From Eledone cirrhosa (taxonomy: Eukaryota): DNA of 64,000 nt. Position 1 is the first letter of the stretch. Every line of letters starts with the position of its first letter. Location of the stretch: NCBI GenBank assembly GCA_964016885.1, contig OZ024742.1, forward strand, positions 159,588,001-159,652,000. The letters run 5' to 3'. The notes below the pieces were generated by a model. That model saw only the letters and a list, made by a program, of their open reading frames with translations, had not been told where the DNA came from and did not search any database. Below are positions 1 through 12,217 of the stretch, piece by piece. The position numbers were made by a program, and so were the translations under genes.

Positions 1-34
1 TAATTATATCTAAATGTTTCTTCTCTCTTCATAA

Positions 35-36
<2 letters not shown>

Positions 37-126
<90 letters not shown>
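37..126. repeat. (TA)n microsatellite, representative of dozens of (TA)n, (CA)n, (CT)n and (AAT)n tracts in the window
   Basis: Direct inspection; other long tracts at e.g. 893-985, 6206-6316, 7894-8030, 9505-9640, 42190-42395 and 48347-48432. Confidence 0.97.
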
Positions 127-129
<3 letters not shown>

Positions 130-158
130 TGTATAAGTACGAAACGAAATATATATAT

Positions 159-890
159 ATATTGTTATACTTTGGGAGGTTCATGTTGCCAATAAGAAAA
201 CACACGCACCAGTTGCTTTCACTTCATTTTATTATAAATTTCCGGTTGGTTGGTTCGACAACCGAATGGTTGTTCATATTTGTCTAAACATTGCGTCTTT
301 TCTGTGTGTACACACAGAAAAGACGCAATGTTTAGACAAATCACAGAGGCAATAAATATACACAGAAAAGACGCAATGTTTAGACAAATCACAGAGGCAA
401 TAAATATAAATGAACTCCAACCAAAATTAAATAGAAAACATGAATGGAATAGCAACATCACAACTTATAATTAAGGACAAAATGAAAACATACACACATA
501 GAACAAACAACTAACTAGTAACATGTAAATAAACAAATAAATAAACAAATAAAAACACACACAGACACTCGAATGTAAGACATGCGCAAACTAAGCACAC
601 AACACACACTAAAACAAGATGGCGGAGGACAGAACAAAGGAGAGGCACAAAACAAAGAAAATAATCCCAGTCACTGAGAGGTCACAGAATGTGTGACGAA
701 AGAACTTTGACAATATATGAACAACCATCTGGTTGTGGAACCAACCAACCAACCGGAAATTTATAATAAATTGAAGTGAAAGCAACTGGTGCGTGTGTTT
801 CTTATTGGCAACAGGACCCTCCCAAAGTATAACAATATCGGTTTCAACACACGTTTTCAGATAAAGAATCTTGCTAAACAAATTCAGAAA
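159..890. mobile_element. Fold-back repeat element between (TA)n tracts, Penelope pLTR-like
   Basis: ~95-bp inverted arms (159-257 and 738-838). Internal 64-bp perfect palindrome at 278-341, 48-bp tandem duplication at 313-408 and a degenerate hammerhead at 670-711. Part of it recurs in reverse orientation at 9641-9890. Confidence 0.6.
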
Positions 891-985
<95 letters not shown>

Positions 986-1008
986 CATGGGACAACCCAT
1001 GTAAACTC

Positions 1009-1096
1009 GCATATCTGAATACGTGTCGATTAAGAGTCGGGATCCGATCGCTTGACCAAACCCGAGCTGATCGATATAGAAACAATTGTAATATGC
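1009..1096 (+). ncRNA. Degenerate type I hammerhead ribozyme motif
   Basis: GCATAT-CTGAATA-long stem II-GAAA-CAATTG-TA-ATATGC; stem I pairs and stem III is palindromic (ACAATTGT), but the core is CUGAAUA rather than CUGANGA. Confidence 0.55.
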
Positions 1097-3833
1097 AATA
1101 AAGTTTCACAAAACGCTGCAATTCTTATTTTCTCTCTCTCTATCTCTCTCTCCCCCTCTCTCTCTCTTAGCAATAATTCACTTACTTTTAAGAGCCATTA
1201 CTGTTACTATGTGGAAGCTCAGTAAAATCGAAGTAACGATATACAATTAGGAATGTGCAGCAAAGCACTCGCTAAGGTTGTAGGCCTTAGAGTAATAACA
1301 TACGTTTAGACAGATTGACAAATTGAAAATTGTGGCAGGTAAACCTAGTCACATAATACCAAATACACGAAAAAACTAATCAGGTTAGACAACTGATGAG
1401 AGGAAACTGTAGTTTACTTGAAGCATTGTATATGGTATAAAGAATTAGAAGTTTGAAAGTCCCATCAATCCGGATTGGATAGATAAATAATCAAGTCATA
1501 AGAAACGAGGGGTGTTTTTTTACCTTAATTTATTCATATGTCCTGATATTTCACGGTTAATATCTCTTCTTCCGAGGAAAATAAACGAACTATTCCCGTG
1601 TCCGAAGAGGCTTGCTACACAATGCTGTCTGGTACTAGTTTTTTTTTTCTTTTTTTCTCAACCTATTTTGTTTTAAAATTAAAGTCTGGACACGTAGGGG
1701 GGGGGGGAGGTATTTTCCTTTAAATCTGCTTAGACACATATATACTAATATGCGCCGACACACACGAGCACGCAAATACGCAAACACGCATGGACAGAGT
1801 CGTGTGAACACATAAATGCAAATGCACGATTTCTCCTCTCCTCGGTGGATAATATGCTCGTATGTGGGGCCCTATGTGTCTTTATGTGCAGAGGCCAGTT
1901 GCCTTCTAAGTTAATTGTTGTGTGCCTAGTTCTATGCTAGGTATTGTGTACTTAATTCTAGTCTATTATTGATTTGAGGGTGTGTTCTGGCTATGATTAA
2001 TGTTTCCTTAATTCTGAGATTGCCGAAGTTTCTTTTGTTACAATCTTCTCTGAGTGTTTTTTAAATGAGGAAGTGAGTGTTAATGTGTTCTTTAATTCTG
2101 ATGTGTAGGTGTCTGGTGGTGTTGCCTATATAGAAATTGTCGCATTTATCACACTGGAATCGGTATATAAGTTCGAAATACTACTTCTTTAGCGAGATAT
2201 ATTAATGAGCTGGTGGTATCTGATACTGAATCCTCTATAGTCTGAGATATCTTAACTAATTCCTCCCAATACAGTGGTCGCAAAGGGCATTGTGATCTCT
2301 GTTTGAGGGAAGCCTTTTTCATTACTATGTCCAAACCTAGCCCAATTAATGATCGCAATGAAATTATAATTAATTGTCATCATTGATTGGCCTACTCGTT
2401 CTTTAACAGAGCTTTTGATCCGCTTAAATTCTAATAGTTTACTTAGCAACAATTTTACCTTTCTTATTCATTCTGCCTACCGTCCTAACCTATTTCATCT
2501 TGATGTTTATTCTCTTCACACTCTAATAATTATTAATCCCAACTCGTATAATTATCTATTACACCCTGTTCATATCCCCTAGACCTTCTTTCCTAGCTTA
2601 ATAGGCAATTTGTATTATATTTTTGTTAAGCTCTCTTATCCCTTTTGATTGATATTCTTTTTAAGTTACTGTAGGTTATAGCTATGTAAGTATCACCCAC
2701 GTCCCTAGATATCTCTCCTTCTATAATACTATTTATTGTGAACCCTTACCTTGAAAGACCCTTCCCTTTTCTTTTCCTTCAGTTACTTCTCATATGATAT
2801 ATAATCTTTTACCACATTCTCTATAAGGCTGTTTTTTTTAAATTTAAATTTAAATTTCTATTTTTATAATTATAAGTAATCTTAGTTCTGTATCTCTTTT
2901 TCCCTTAGCTTAACACTTTAACACCCTTTTTTTCTTCTTTGTATAATTTCTTTACACCTGTGTTTGACCATAAACTTAGCTCTTCCTTTCTGACTAAACT
3001 TAACACACACCAAATAAACATTTTTTTGTTAATAGATTGACACATTATACCCTGATATATCTATATAGGTAATTAAATATGTGTCATATTAACAAGTTTA
3101 AGTGATTTTTCACGTTGTCATATCACGCCTCTATTGAGGATTTATTTCTATTGTATTGAGTAATACTAACGCCTTAAATCCTTCTTTAATTGTAAGCTAA
3201 TTATATTAACTATAATTTCCAATCTGAGTACCCTTTTTTTTTCCATTTTAATCGATGTGTAGGAACGAATAATATCCCTTTCATAATATTCATGTCCTTA
3301 TTTATTTATTTAATTACTTTCTTCCGGTTTGTCAGTCCAGCGGAATTATGCCGTCTAGCGCATTTCTTAGCATAATATTTTAACCTTCCATTTTGGTTCT
3401 TTTATTGTTAAATTGTATGGTATGTGTTTCTTGTTTTTTTTCTAGTTTCCTCCATAAGTGACATGTATTTTTGAAATTTATTTTTTACGTTCTGAAGATG
3501 ATTTCAGAACATAGTTCGATTTTAATATCACCTAGGCCCATTGATTCAAATATTGATAGGTCTTATGGATTGAATTGTGATTTTATCCTCTGAAACAATT
3601 CTAAACAAATAAATATTCTTTTAAGAATGTTGGTAGTTTATTCTCCTATTATAATTTTATATTTACGCTCTGCCTATATACTTATTGCATGGCTTATATT
3701 TATCTTGCTTGATGTCACTGCACGCTTGTCTTGCATCATATACGTATTGAGCACACTATCCTCTTCACTGCTGGCTTATAATTCTCACAAACTAATCTCT
3801 AATCTCTCCTTCTTGATTGGATTGTACACATAC

Positions 3834-3876
<43 letters not shown>

Positions 3877-3931
3877 GTGAGGTTTCTTTTACAAAAAGAA
3901 AAATAACCGAGGTGTCCTACACGAGTGAAAG

Positions 3932-4108
3932 TATAAAGGAAAAAAGATGAAATCGAAAATGCAACTGGAGTTTTATTTTTAAAAATATATATATATTTAT
4001 TTGGTTCCTTTACCGGTTTCGCAGTTATTCTGCGACCAAATAAATATATATATATTTTTTAAAATAAGACTCCAGTTGCATTTTCGATTTCATCTTTTTT
4101 TCTTTATA
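3932..4108. repeat. Fold-back inverted repeat (~74-bp arms) with half-hammerhead in the loop
   Basis: 3932-4005 is the near-perfect reverse complement of 4035-4108; the minus-strand loop reads GCAG-aataa-CTGC-GAAA-CCGG-TA (hammerhead 3' half, CUGANGA missing). Confidence 0.8.
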
Positions 4109-4143
4109 TATATATATATATATATATATATTCTTTTATATGA

Positions 4144-4468
4144 ATGAAAACATTAAATCAATATCATTTAATTCTCAAAGGGCTGCAAGCTTTGTCAGTT
4201 ATTCTCTTCATGATTTCAAAAACTGGAGAATCGACGGTTAACCAATGGTTTTTTAAAAAAATGTCCCAGTCAAAATGCGTGCGAGTCTCCAAAGAATGGA
4301 AATTTAATGTAAATTCTCCTGTAGAATGTGCGCAAAAATGTACGTTACATGACATATGCGGCTTCATTAGCTACAAGAAACCCACATGCCACCTGTATCG
4401 TAATTGGCACGATTCACTCACCAGTTATAATTGCGACTGGACATCTTATGTCAAGCTTGATAAAAACG
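4144..4468 (+). CDS. Exon 1 (coding) of a host gene: hydrophobic N-terminus (signal-peptide-like) plus PAN/apple-like domain
   Basis: Non-repetitive ORF MKTLNQYHLILKGLQALSVILFMISKTGES...ECAQKCTLHDICGFISYKKPTCHLY with PAN/apple-like Cys spacing (CxxxC...C...C-x-L). Ends at donor G|GTATGT (4468/4469), phase 1. An upstream exon cannot be excluded. Confidence 0.8.
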
Positions 4469-4630
4469 GTATGTAAATCACTTTTTCTTGTGTTTTTTTT
4501 TATTCATTGTGTATATGTGTAGTTAAGGAGTTTGCTTCCCAACTAGGTTTCTTATTCAGTCACACAGCGGGGAAGCTCATCGTATATATATATGTATATA
4601 TATATATGTATTTATATATATGTTTATATA

Positions 4631-5949
4631 TACTAGCAGAAAAACCACCCTTCGGGTGGTTTTCTGATAGCATGTGTAGTGTGTATATTGATATTATACA
4701 CAAGTATATATACATGTAGATATGATACATCAAATAAAATCGTAATTGACAATATGCACAGAAATTGAACGAAGACTGTGTTACAATGTCTTATCAGTAA
4801 CGTAATCCATCTATTTATCTATCTAAGGCGGGTAAAATTCCCGAGATCCATGGACGAGTTCTCTCCAGCGGTCTCTGTCCCTCATTATCGCTGCCATGTC
4901 CTGCGTCTCCAATAGGCCAGTGTCTGTCCTTAGGGCATCAACATACGTTAACCTTGGTCTTCCTCTTCCAGTGTGTCCATGCAGGGCCTCCCACAGGAGC
5001 ACTGAGTGCTGTGTCAACTGTAGATGTCGGTGAACATGTCCAGCTAACCTCAGTCTCCTCTGTGTCACTTTTGAGCTGACTTTTGGAAGGCTCACATACA
5101 GCTCTAAGTTTTTCATCCTCAGTGTATACTGATTAATGTTCAGAGCCATCCTCAGCATTCTCGTGTCGCACCCATCCACCAGGACTCTGGCTTTACTGTA
5201 ACACCGGCTCAGAGCAGGAGAGTTAAGGCGAAAAAGATATCGGATGCTGAATTTGCCGTAGACATAGTTTTGGTGACAAATACAGTGAAGGGGGCAAAGG
5301 ATTTGATGCAGGAGGTTGAGACTGTGTCGATGAGTGTGGGTCTGAGAATGAATGAGACTAAAACAATATATCTGGTAGAGAATGTTGAGAAGCCAGAGGG
5401 GATTACTAATGTAGGCGGAAAGCCGCTAGAATTGGTTGAGGACTTCCTGTATTTGGGAGCAAAGATTGGGAATACGGAGGATGATGTGGTTGAGAAGAAG
5501 AGCAAAGCCTGGGCGACGTGCCACAGCTTGAGATCGGTGTGGAAGTCGGACCTTCGTAAAAGACCTGAAGATCCGCCTCTTCATTGCTGTTTTGGAGTCT
5601 GTGCTGCTGTACGGGTCTGAGACTTGGACACTGACCAAGAAACGCAATCTATGATACATTAAAAAAAAGACGATATTATATATAAACTGCATTAGGAGAA
5701 AATTAGTAACAGAAAATTAATATGTTTATTTAAGCGATCGCCACCGGAAGTGTTGACATTTGAAAATGTTAAAGAAGTGAATCTTTAAATAAATAATAAA
5801 ATATATTTAATGAACAGCCACGAAATTTAGTAGATAAATTACGTAATATTCATTCAGTATTTATTCAAAGTAATCCAACTCATTTTACTAATGGGATAAA
5901 TAATTTAAACCGTACACAATCCCGCGCTTCTTACTTTATTATAGTTTAG
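4631..5949. mobile_element. Helitron/Helentron-like non-autonomous element interrupted by an RTE LINE
   Basis: Starts TACTAGCAGAAAAACCACCC-ttc-GGGTGGTTTTCTG (terminal hairpin), with the same ACTAGCAGAA start as the elements at 11995 and 12687; right boundary uncertain. Confidence 0.35.
4808..5640 (-). mobile_element. 5'-truncated RTE-clade LINE with inverted 5' segment
   Basis: Minus 4823-5190 encodes the RTE C-terminus (RMLRMALNI...RRLRLAGH...GRGRPRLTY) with a (TAGA)n-like tail. Plus 5209-5640 encodes the preceding RT part (FAVDIVL...GLRMNETKT...LLYGSETWTLTK). Confidence 0.8.
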
Positions 5950-6026
5950 CTATACACACACACATGCACACAAACACACACAAACACACACACGCGCACA
6001 CACACACACACACAAACACACAAATG

Positions 6027-6060
<34 letters not shown>

Positions 6061-6202
6061 ACGAAGGCAGTGTGGTAAGGAACCAGGGGGACCATACCGC
6101 ACCAGAGTACTCGATACTTTGGGTAGTAAAATGGGTATTTCTGGAGTCCAGAAATAGGTGTAGAAACGGCTTGAGCTCTGCCGTCGGAGTTCTGACTCTT
6201 TT

Positions 6203-6317
<115 letters not shown>

Positions 6318-7606
6318 GGGTGGTGTGCTCATGCGCGGAGATGCCATAAAATAGCTTATAAAATTGGGTGAAGACACTTAAAGACGGATAAAGAAGTTGA
6401 CATCGGTCACTACGAGGTATCAAATCGTGTACCTCCCAAGTACTGGCTAGGCGTTCTGAACAATTAAGCCAAGGGACTATGACAACTGTAAATAAAGTAC
6501 CAGTCCAGTAGTGGTAAATTGGCAGAATCGTTAAAGAGGTGGTAGAAAAAAAAATTCATTATTAATAATGATGCAATCAAATTGTTATAATCATTTAAGA
6601 AGTATATCAGTTACTTTCAGCAAATTAATTTTTCAATTCATGTGTGACCAATACTATATCCTTTTGAATATCATAAAACTGTATGATGAAATTATGGAAA
6701 AAATAACATTAAATTTAATAATGACGAAATGGAAAAAAATGTTGTTACATGGGCAGCAATTTGTACTGAGGGGATAATTGATCATATTGACCCCAGCATT
6801 TTATTGCTTGCTACTTTAATTTATCAACCCGAGAAAGGTGAAAAGCAAAGCTGATTTTAGCCGGATTTCAACGCAAAACGTAAAGGCCCGTTACTCTAAC
6901 TATTCCTTCAAAATGCTGCACTTACATTAAATTTGATAATGTTGCTTTATCGTTTCCACAACTTCCTAAAACTGAAACTATTTGTCAGTCAAATTCAATG
7001 ATCGTTGAAAGAGGAAGAAGAAATATCACCGAAGAATTGTGTTTTTTCTTTGCTTTCTTTTTTACAAACTTCAGGGCTGTTCATACATACACCAGTCAAT
7101 TTTTTTAAATGTATAAAATGAAATTCCACAAATTGGAAAATTAGAAACAAACATTTTGTTCCCAATGATTTCCACAAAAGAAGCTCTCCTAGAATGTCTA
7201 CCAATTTTTTTCTAATTTTCCAAATTGTACAATTTTGATCTATAAAGTTTTTAAAAAAAATTGACAGTTATATGCTTGTACACTGCTACTAAAATCGGCT
7301 CCGTCTCAGCCTGGTGTGGAGACACGAGTGACGGCCGTCCCCGGCATCTTCGGAAATTTCACTCTTTTCCATTTGGACGTCGTGATTAAGACAATCGGCA
7401 ATTTGCTTCACATAGCTTGGTACAGCTGTAATATTAGTCTGCAAAAAATATTTTCTCTTCACCAAAAGACCATCTTAGTAAATTTTAAAGTCAAAACACC
7501 AATTTACACTGCACTGTATAAACACATTGCTCATATGAAGTTAACTCTAAAATATTGTCTATACCGTTACAGCTAAATCATTGTTTATTCTTTATTATTC
7601 ACACAG

Positions 7607-7698
7607 ATAAACAGTGGCAGAAGGTATATATCCGAAATATAACTCGTTTCCTTAAACAACCTATGTATTTATATTGGGACAGTTTGCCTATTCATATG
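7607..7698 (+). CDS. Exon 2 of host gene ((D)KQWQKVYIRNITRFLKQPMYLYWDSLPIHM)
   Basis: Acceptor ttattattcacacAG, donor ATG|GTAATA; 92 nt, enters phase 1 and exits phase 0, matching exons 1 and 3; no stops. Confidence 0.75.
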
Positions 7699-7891
7699 GT
7701 AATATATATTTCAGATTTTTGAAATAATTGTTATTTAATAAGCATATTTATCAGTCCATTTTGTCTTAGTGAATTTAATTTATATATTTTACCTGTTGAT
7801 ACAGGTAAAATATATAAATTCAATGGTGAAATGTATCTTACATTATTGGTATTGTTGTTCATAAGGAGTTCTTACTGTTAATTGTATTATG

Positions 7892-8235
<344 letters not shown>

Positions 8236-8766
8236 CAATGCTCGCATCTATTCATTGGAATCTTTGAGTTTATTCTACGGTGGACATGGCGCATGTCTCG
8301 GACATGACTCCCTTAATTTAATTTTGGATATATATATATATGTATTTCTAGTATAGAAGTCTTCTATTTTCATTAGAGGTCACGTGTAAGGTTAGCACGA
8401 ACTGCTACATTCCTTATCGAAGTGGTAACCGCTACGTAACACAACGAATAGACCGAAATATTGACATGGGCCGCCTGCTGACGACGTGCAATTTGCCCGG
8501 TAACGTAACTATCTGCTGATAATACGTTGCTTTCTGAACACTATATATTTAATATCTGCAATTGTGAAGTATGTTGCACAGAAACGAATTTTTCCGGGAT
8601 GGAGATATTTACTTTATCTCTACCAAAAGACAGCCACTGTACCTGCTATTAACTACAATGTGTGCACTCTGAACTACTGGTTGCAGTTACATTACTGCAG
8701 ATTTATATGGCAGTTGGCCAGGACCATTGAGTAAATATCAACACTATCAACGATCTTCGTTAATAA

Positions 8767-8849
<83 letters not shown>

Positions 8850-8865
8850 TCTGTGCATCGGGTGC

Positions 8866-8913
8866 ACAGGAAGCCCTGATGATTTCTCCCGAATGAAACA
8901 GTTCTGCTCCTGT
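8866..8913 (+). ncRNA. Degenerate minimal hammerhead motif
   Basis: ACAGGAAGCC-CTGATGA-tTTC tccc GAAt-GAAA-CAGT-TC-TGCTCCTGT in a ~90-bp island between (TA)n tracts; stems imperfect. Confidence 0.4.
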
Positions 8914-8930
8914 AGAAGCCAGTTCTATAT

Positions 8931-8989
<59 letters not shown>

Positions 8990-9350
8990 TGGCTGCCAAC
9001 TCGTTTTCGAGTACGGCCACTACTTTATATCCATGTAGGAGAACCCCTACCGATGCGCTGAACGAGTGTGACATTTTAGTCCAGCCAGCGACTTGAAAAC
9101 TCTGGTACAAACACTACACTTGTGACAATTATTGACACATAGTGCTGGGCCGATGGTACCATGTGACGACAAGTGCAGAGATCTCCAGATATAAAGCAAT
9201 GCCTGTGCCGTGAAGCTTTTATAGTGAGCAAAGGCACTGCACAAAGCCAGTCCCACTCTCTTAACCAAGATGATATTTACCAAAAAGAAGAACAAGACAA
9301 CATCATTGGATACCATCAGGGTTGCAGGTGTTATATGAGAGTTTTCCTTC
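8990..9350 (-). mobile_element. LINE 3' fragment with C-terminal C2H2-like finger
   Basis: CSVCTRVFKSLAGLKCHTRSAH just before a stop codon, the type of ending seen in some LINE ORF2 proteins; flanked by (TA)n. Confidence 0.4.
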
Positions 9351-9392
9351 TCCTAGAATTCTGCCTTGATATATATATAAATATATACATAC

Positions 9393-9476
<84 letters not shown>

Positions 9477-9503
9477 GGAGAGAGAGAGAGATTTAAATAT
9501 CCA

Positions 9504-9642
<139 letters not shown>

Positions 9643-9923
9643 CGTTTCTGAATTTGTTTAGCAAGATTCTTTATCTAAAAACGTGTATTGAAACCGATAT
9701 TGTTATGCTTTGGGAGGGTCATGTTGCCAATAAGAAACACACGCACCAGTTGCTTTCACTTCAATTTATTATAAATAAATTTATAAATTTAGGAATTTAT
9801 AAATTTCCGGTTGGTTGGTTGGTTCCACAACCAGATGATTGTTCATATAGTGTCAAAGTTCTTTCGTCACACATTCTGTGACCTCTTCATTTATATATAT
9901 ATATATATGTGTGTATATATATA

Positions 9924-10012
<89 letters not shown>

Positions 10013-10618
10013 ATAATAATAAATTTGAAGACTAAAATCCAAAGAGGGCTCGATAAGGATAAATATATATCAAATATATAAGAACCGTAGAGCAAATATT
10101 TATTAAAATAACAGATTAAAGTTTAAGCAAAGAATCGCTGCTTTCACCCTTAACGGGATCTTCTGAAACTAACAAAGTCAATCTGTAAACGCAGAGCTGG
10201 ATATTTCAAAAAACGTTGCAACCGGAGGAAGACAGGAAGACGATACTTTGGTTCGTGGAAACGTTCGCTGGCAAAGAACGGGAAAGGACGAATAATACGT
10301 CATTAATAGGAGCGGTGAAAAACAATTACGCGCAAAGACAGAACCACGTTTATGGTATAAAAGAGATCATAGACTAATGTTCTCTTAGGTGGTGCATAGA
10401 GACGTTCTCTGGCAATGAACGAAAAAACGAAGATAATACGTCATATGTGGAGCGTGGAGAACGATATATATATATATTTAAAGGTTAAACAAGGTTCAAT
10501 GAATAAATCAAAGAATGAGTTTTACAATATATCGGAAGCACTCAACAGTTATGGTTTTCTGGAGTTATTAATATCAATTGAAAATATTAACAAAAATAGA
10601 TATTCGTGTGATCAAGTA

Positions 10619-10685
10619 TATTTTATTATACATATTTCAGAGGTACTGAGCTATCTTCAACAGTACGTCCTCATCAGATAAAATA
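10619..10685 (-). ncRNA. Type I minimal hammerhead ribozyme (inverted copy)
   Basis: Exact reverse complement of the motif at 10754-10820. Confidence 0.7.
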
Positions 10686-10753
10686 AGATGATGCATGACT
10701 ACCATGACTGAATCTTAACCATCTACTAAGTCAGGGTATGTCATGCATCATCT

Positions 10754-10820
10754 TATTTTATCTGATGAGGACGTACTGTTGAAGATAGCTCAGTACCTCT
10801 GAAATATGTATAATAAAATA
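10754..10820 (+). ncRNA. Type I minimal hammerhead ribozyme
   Basis: TATTTTAT-CTGATGA-GGACGTACTG..CAGTACCTCT-GAAA-TATGTA-TA-ATAAAATA: intact core, 8-bp stem I, stem II, near-palindromic stem III. Confidence 0.7.
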
Positions 10821-10860
10821 TACTTGATCACGCGAATGTCTATTTTTGTTAATATTTTGA

Positions 10861-10938
<78 letters not shown>

Positions 10939-11076
10939 GGAAAAAATGTTTCATTTTTTCCGTTTATCGTTTTCGGTCCACCCGGCCGATTAACCCACTC
11001 GATATGCAAATTGGGCTACTCAGCCGTTAATATGCATAAGTAAGTATATACGTTCAACAATCTGGCAGGAAGGTAT

Positions 11077-11119
11077 ACGTTGCTGACGATAGCTAATAAG
11101 CTTGAAACTAGTACAGCGT
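11077..11119 (+). ncRNA. Type I minimal hammerhead ribozyme
   Basis: ACGTTG-CTGACGA-tAGCTaataAGCTt-GAAA-CTAG-TA-CAGCGT: intact core, palindromic stem III ACTAGT, GUA cleavage triplet. Confidence 0.75.
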
Positions 11120-11322
11120 TCCTTTGTCAGTGTTGAACAAACGAGCAACGGTGGTTGCTAGACACTACGGCTTAATACGGGATGTTTGTTTACAAACACA
11201 CCGAGCAATATAATAAATGTTCGGTGAATCCATACGCGCATATATATATGTGTGCATGTATGTATATATATATATACATACTACTGTGCGTCTGTATACA
11301 TATATGTATGTACGTGTACATA

Positions 11323-11412
<90 letters not shown>

Positions 11413-11840
11413 TGGGTATTTAAACGAACGTAAAATAACATAAAATAGAAAATAGAAAAAACAAGCAAAGAATAATATGTAAAAAATACATAAAATATAT
11501 TTTAAAATATATATAAAAATATATAATATTTTTATAATAAATAAATGATAATATAAAAATATTAGAAAATATTTTAAAATGTACAAAAGAGGTATGAAAA
11601 TGTATATAAATAAATTAAGTGAAATAAATTAATAGTAGCAAATAATCAAACCAGGATGGTAAGATTATTTGGTATTATTAAATACACACGCTCACCACTC
11701 AAACTAACACGATTCATATCAACAACACACACTAGTTACATGTGTGTACGTTGGCGTCTGTGTGAGTGTGACGTCTGCGTCTAGCCGGGGATTTGCTGTC
11801 GAAACGGCAAGGGTTCAACAATCGGGCCCCGACCCTCTAC

Positions 11841-11931
<91 letters not shown>

Positions 11932-11994
11932 AAAAGTTTGGTAGAAATATCCAATGGCAAGACCACTCAGTCCATAGGACGAGTTTAGTATATA

Positions 11995-12129
11995 CTAGCA
12001 GAATGGCCCGGCGTTGCTCTAGGGTTCTTATATATTTGATATATATTTATCCTTATCGAGCCTCGTGAAATAAATGCGTTTGTTTATATTTCGTTATTGT
12101 GTATGCAAAAATATCTGTACACGAATATA

Positions 12130-12217
<88 letters not shown>

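Larger units (their letters stand above)
10581..10858. repeat. Near-perfect fold-back (~119-bp arms) carrying two oppositely oriented hammerheads
   Basis: 10581-10699 is the reverse complement of 10740-10858. Confidence 0.9.

Noticed and set aside
1393-1415. CTGATGA-GAG-GAAA as a hammerhead core
   Set aside because: No room for stem II and no convincing stem I.
1850-3615. Possible decayed Penelope-like 5' region with a degenerate hammerhead at ~3490-3605
   Set aside because: Composition and CTGAAGA...GAAACAATTCTA are suggestive, but there are no recognisable protein motifs and pairing is weak; not called.
6490-6900. tRNA-like A/B-box fragments as tRNA genes (also 38818-39008, 55178-55382 and ~62990-63110)
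   Set aside because: They are SINE heads or fragments; no complete cloverleaf.
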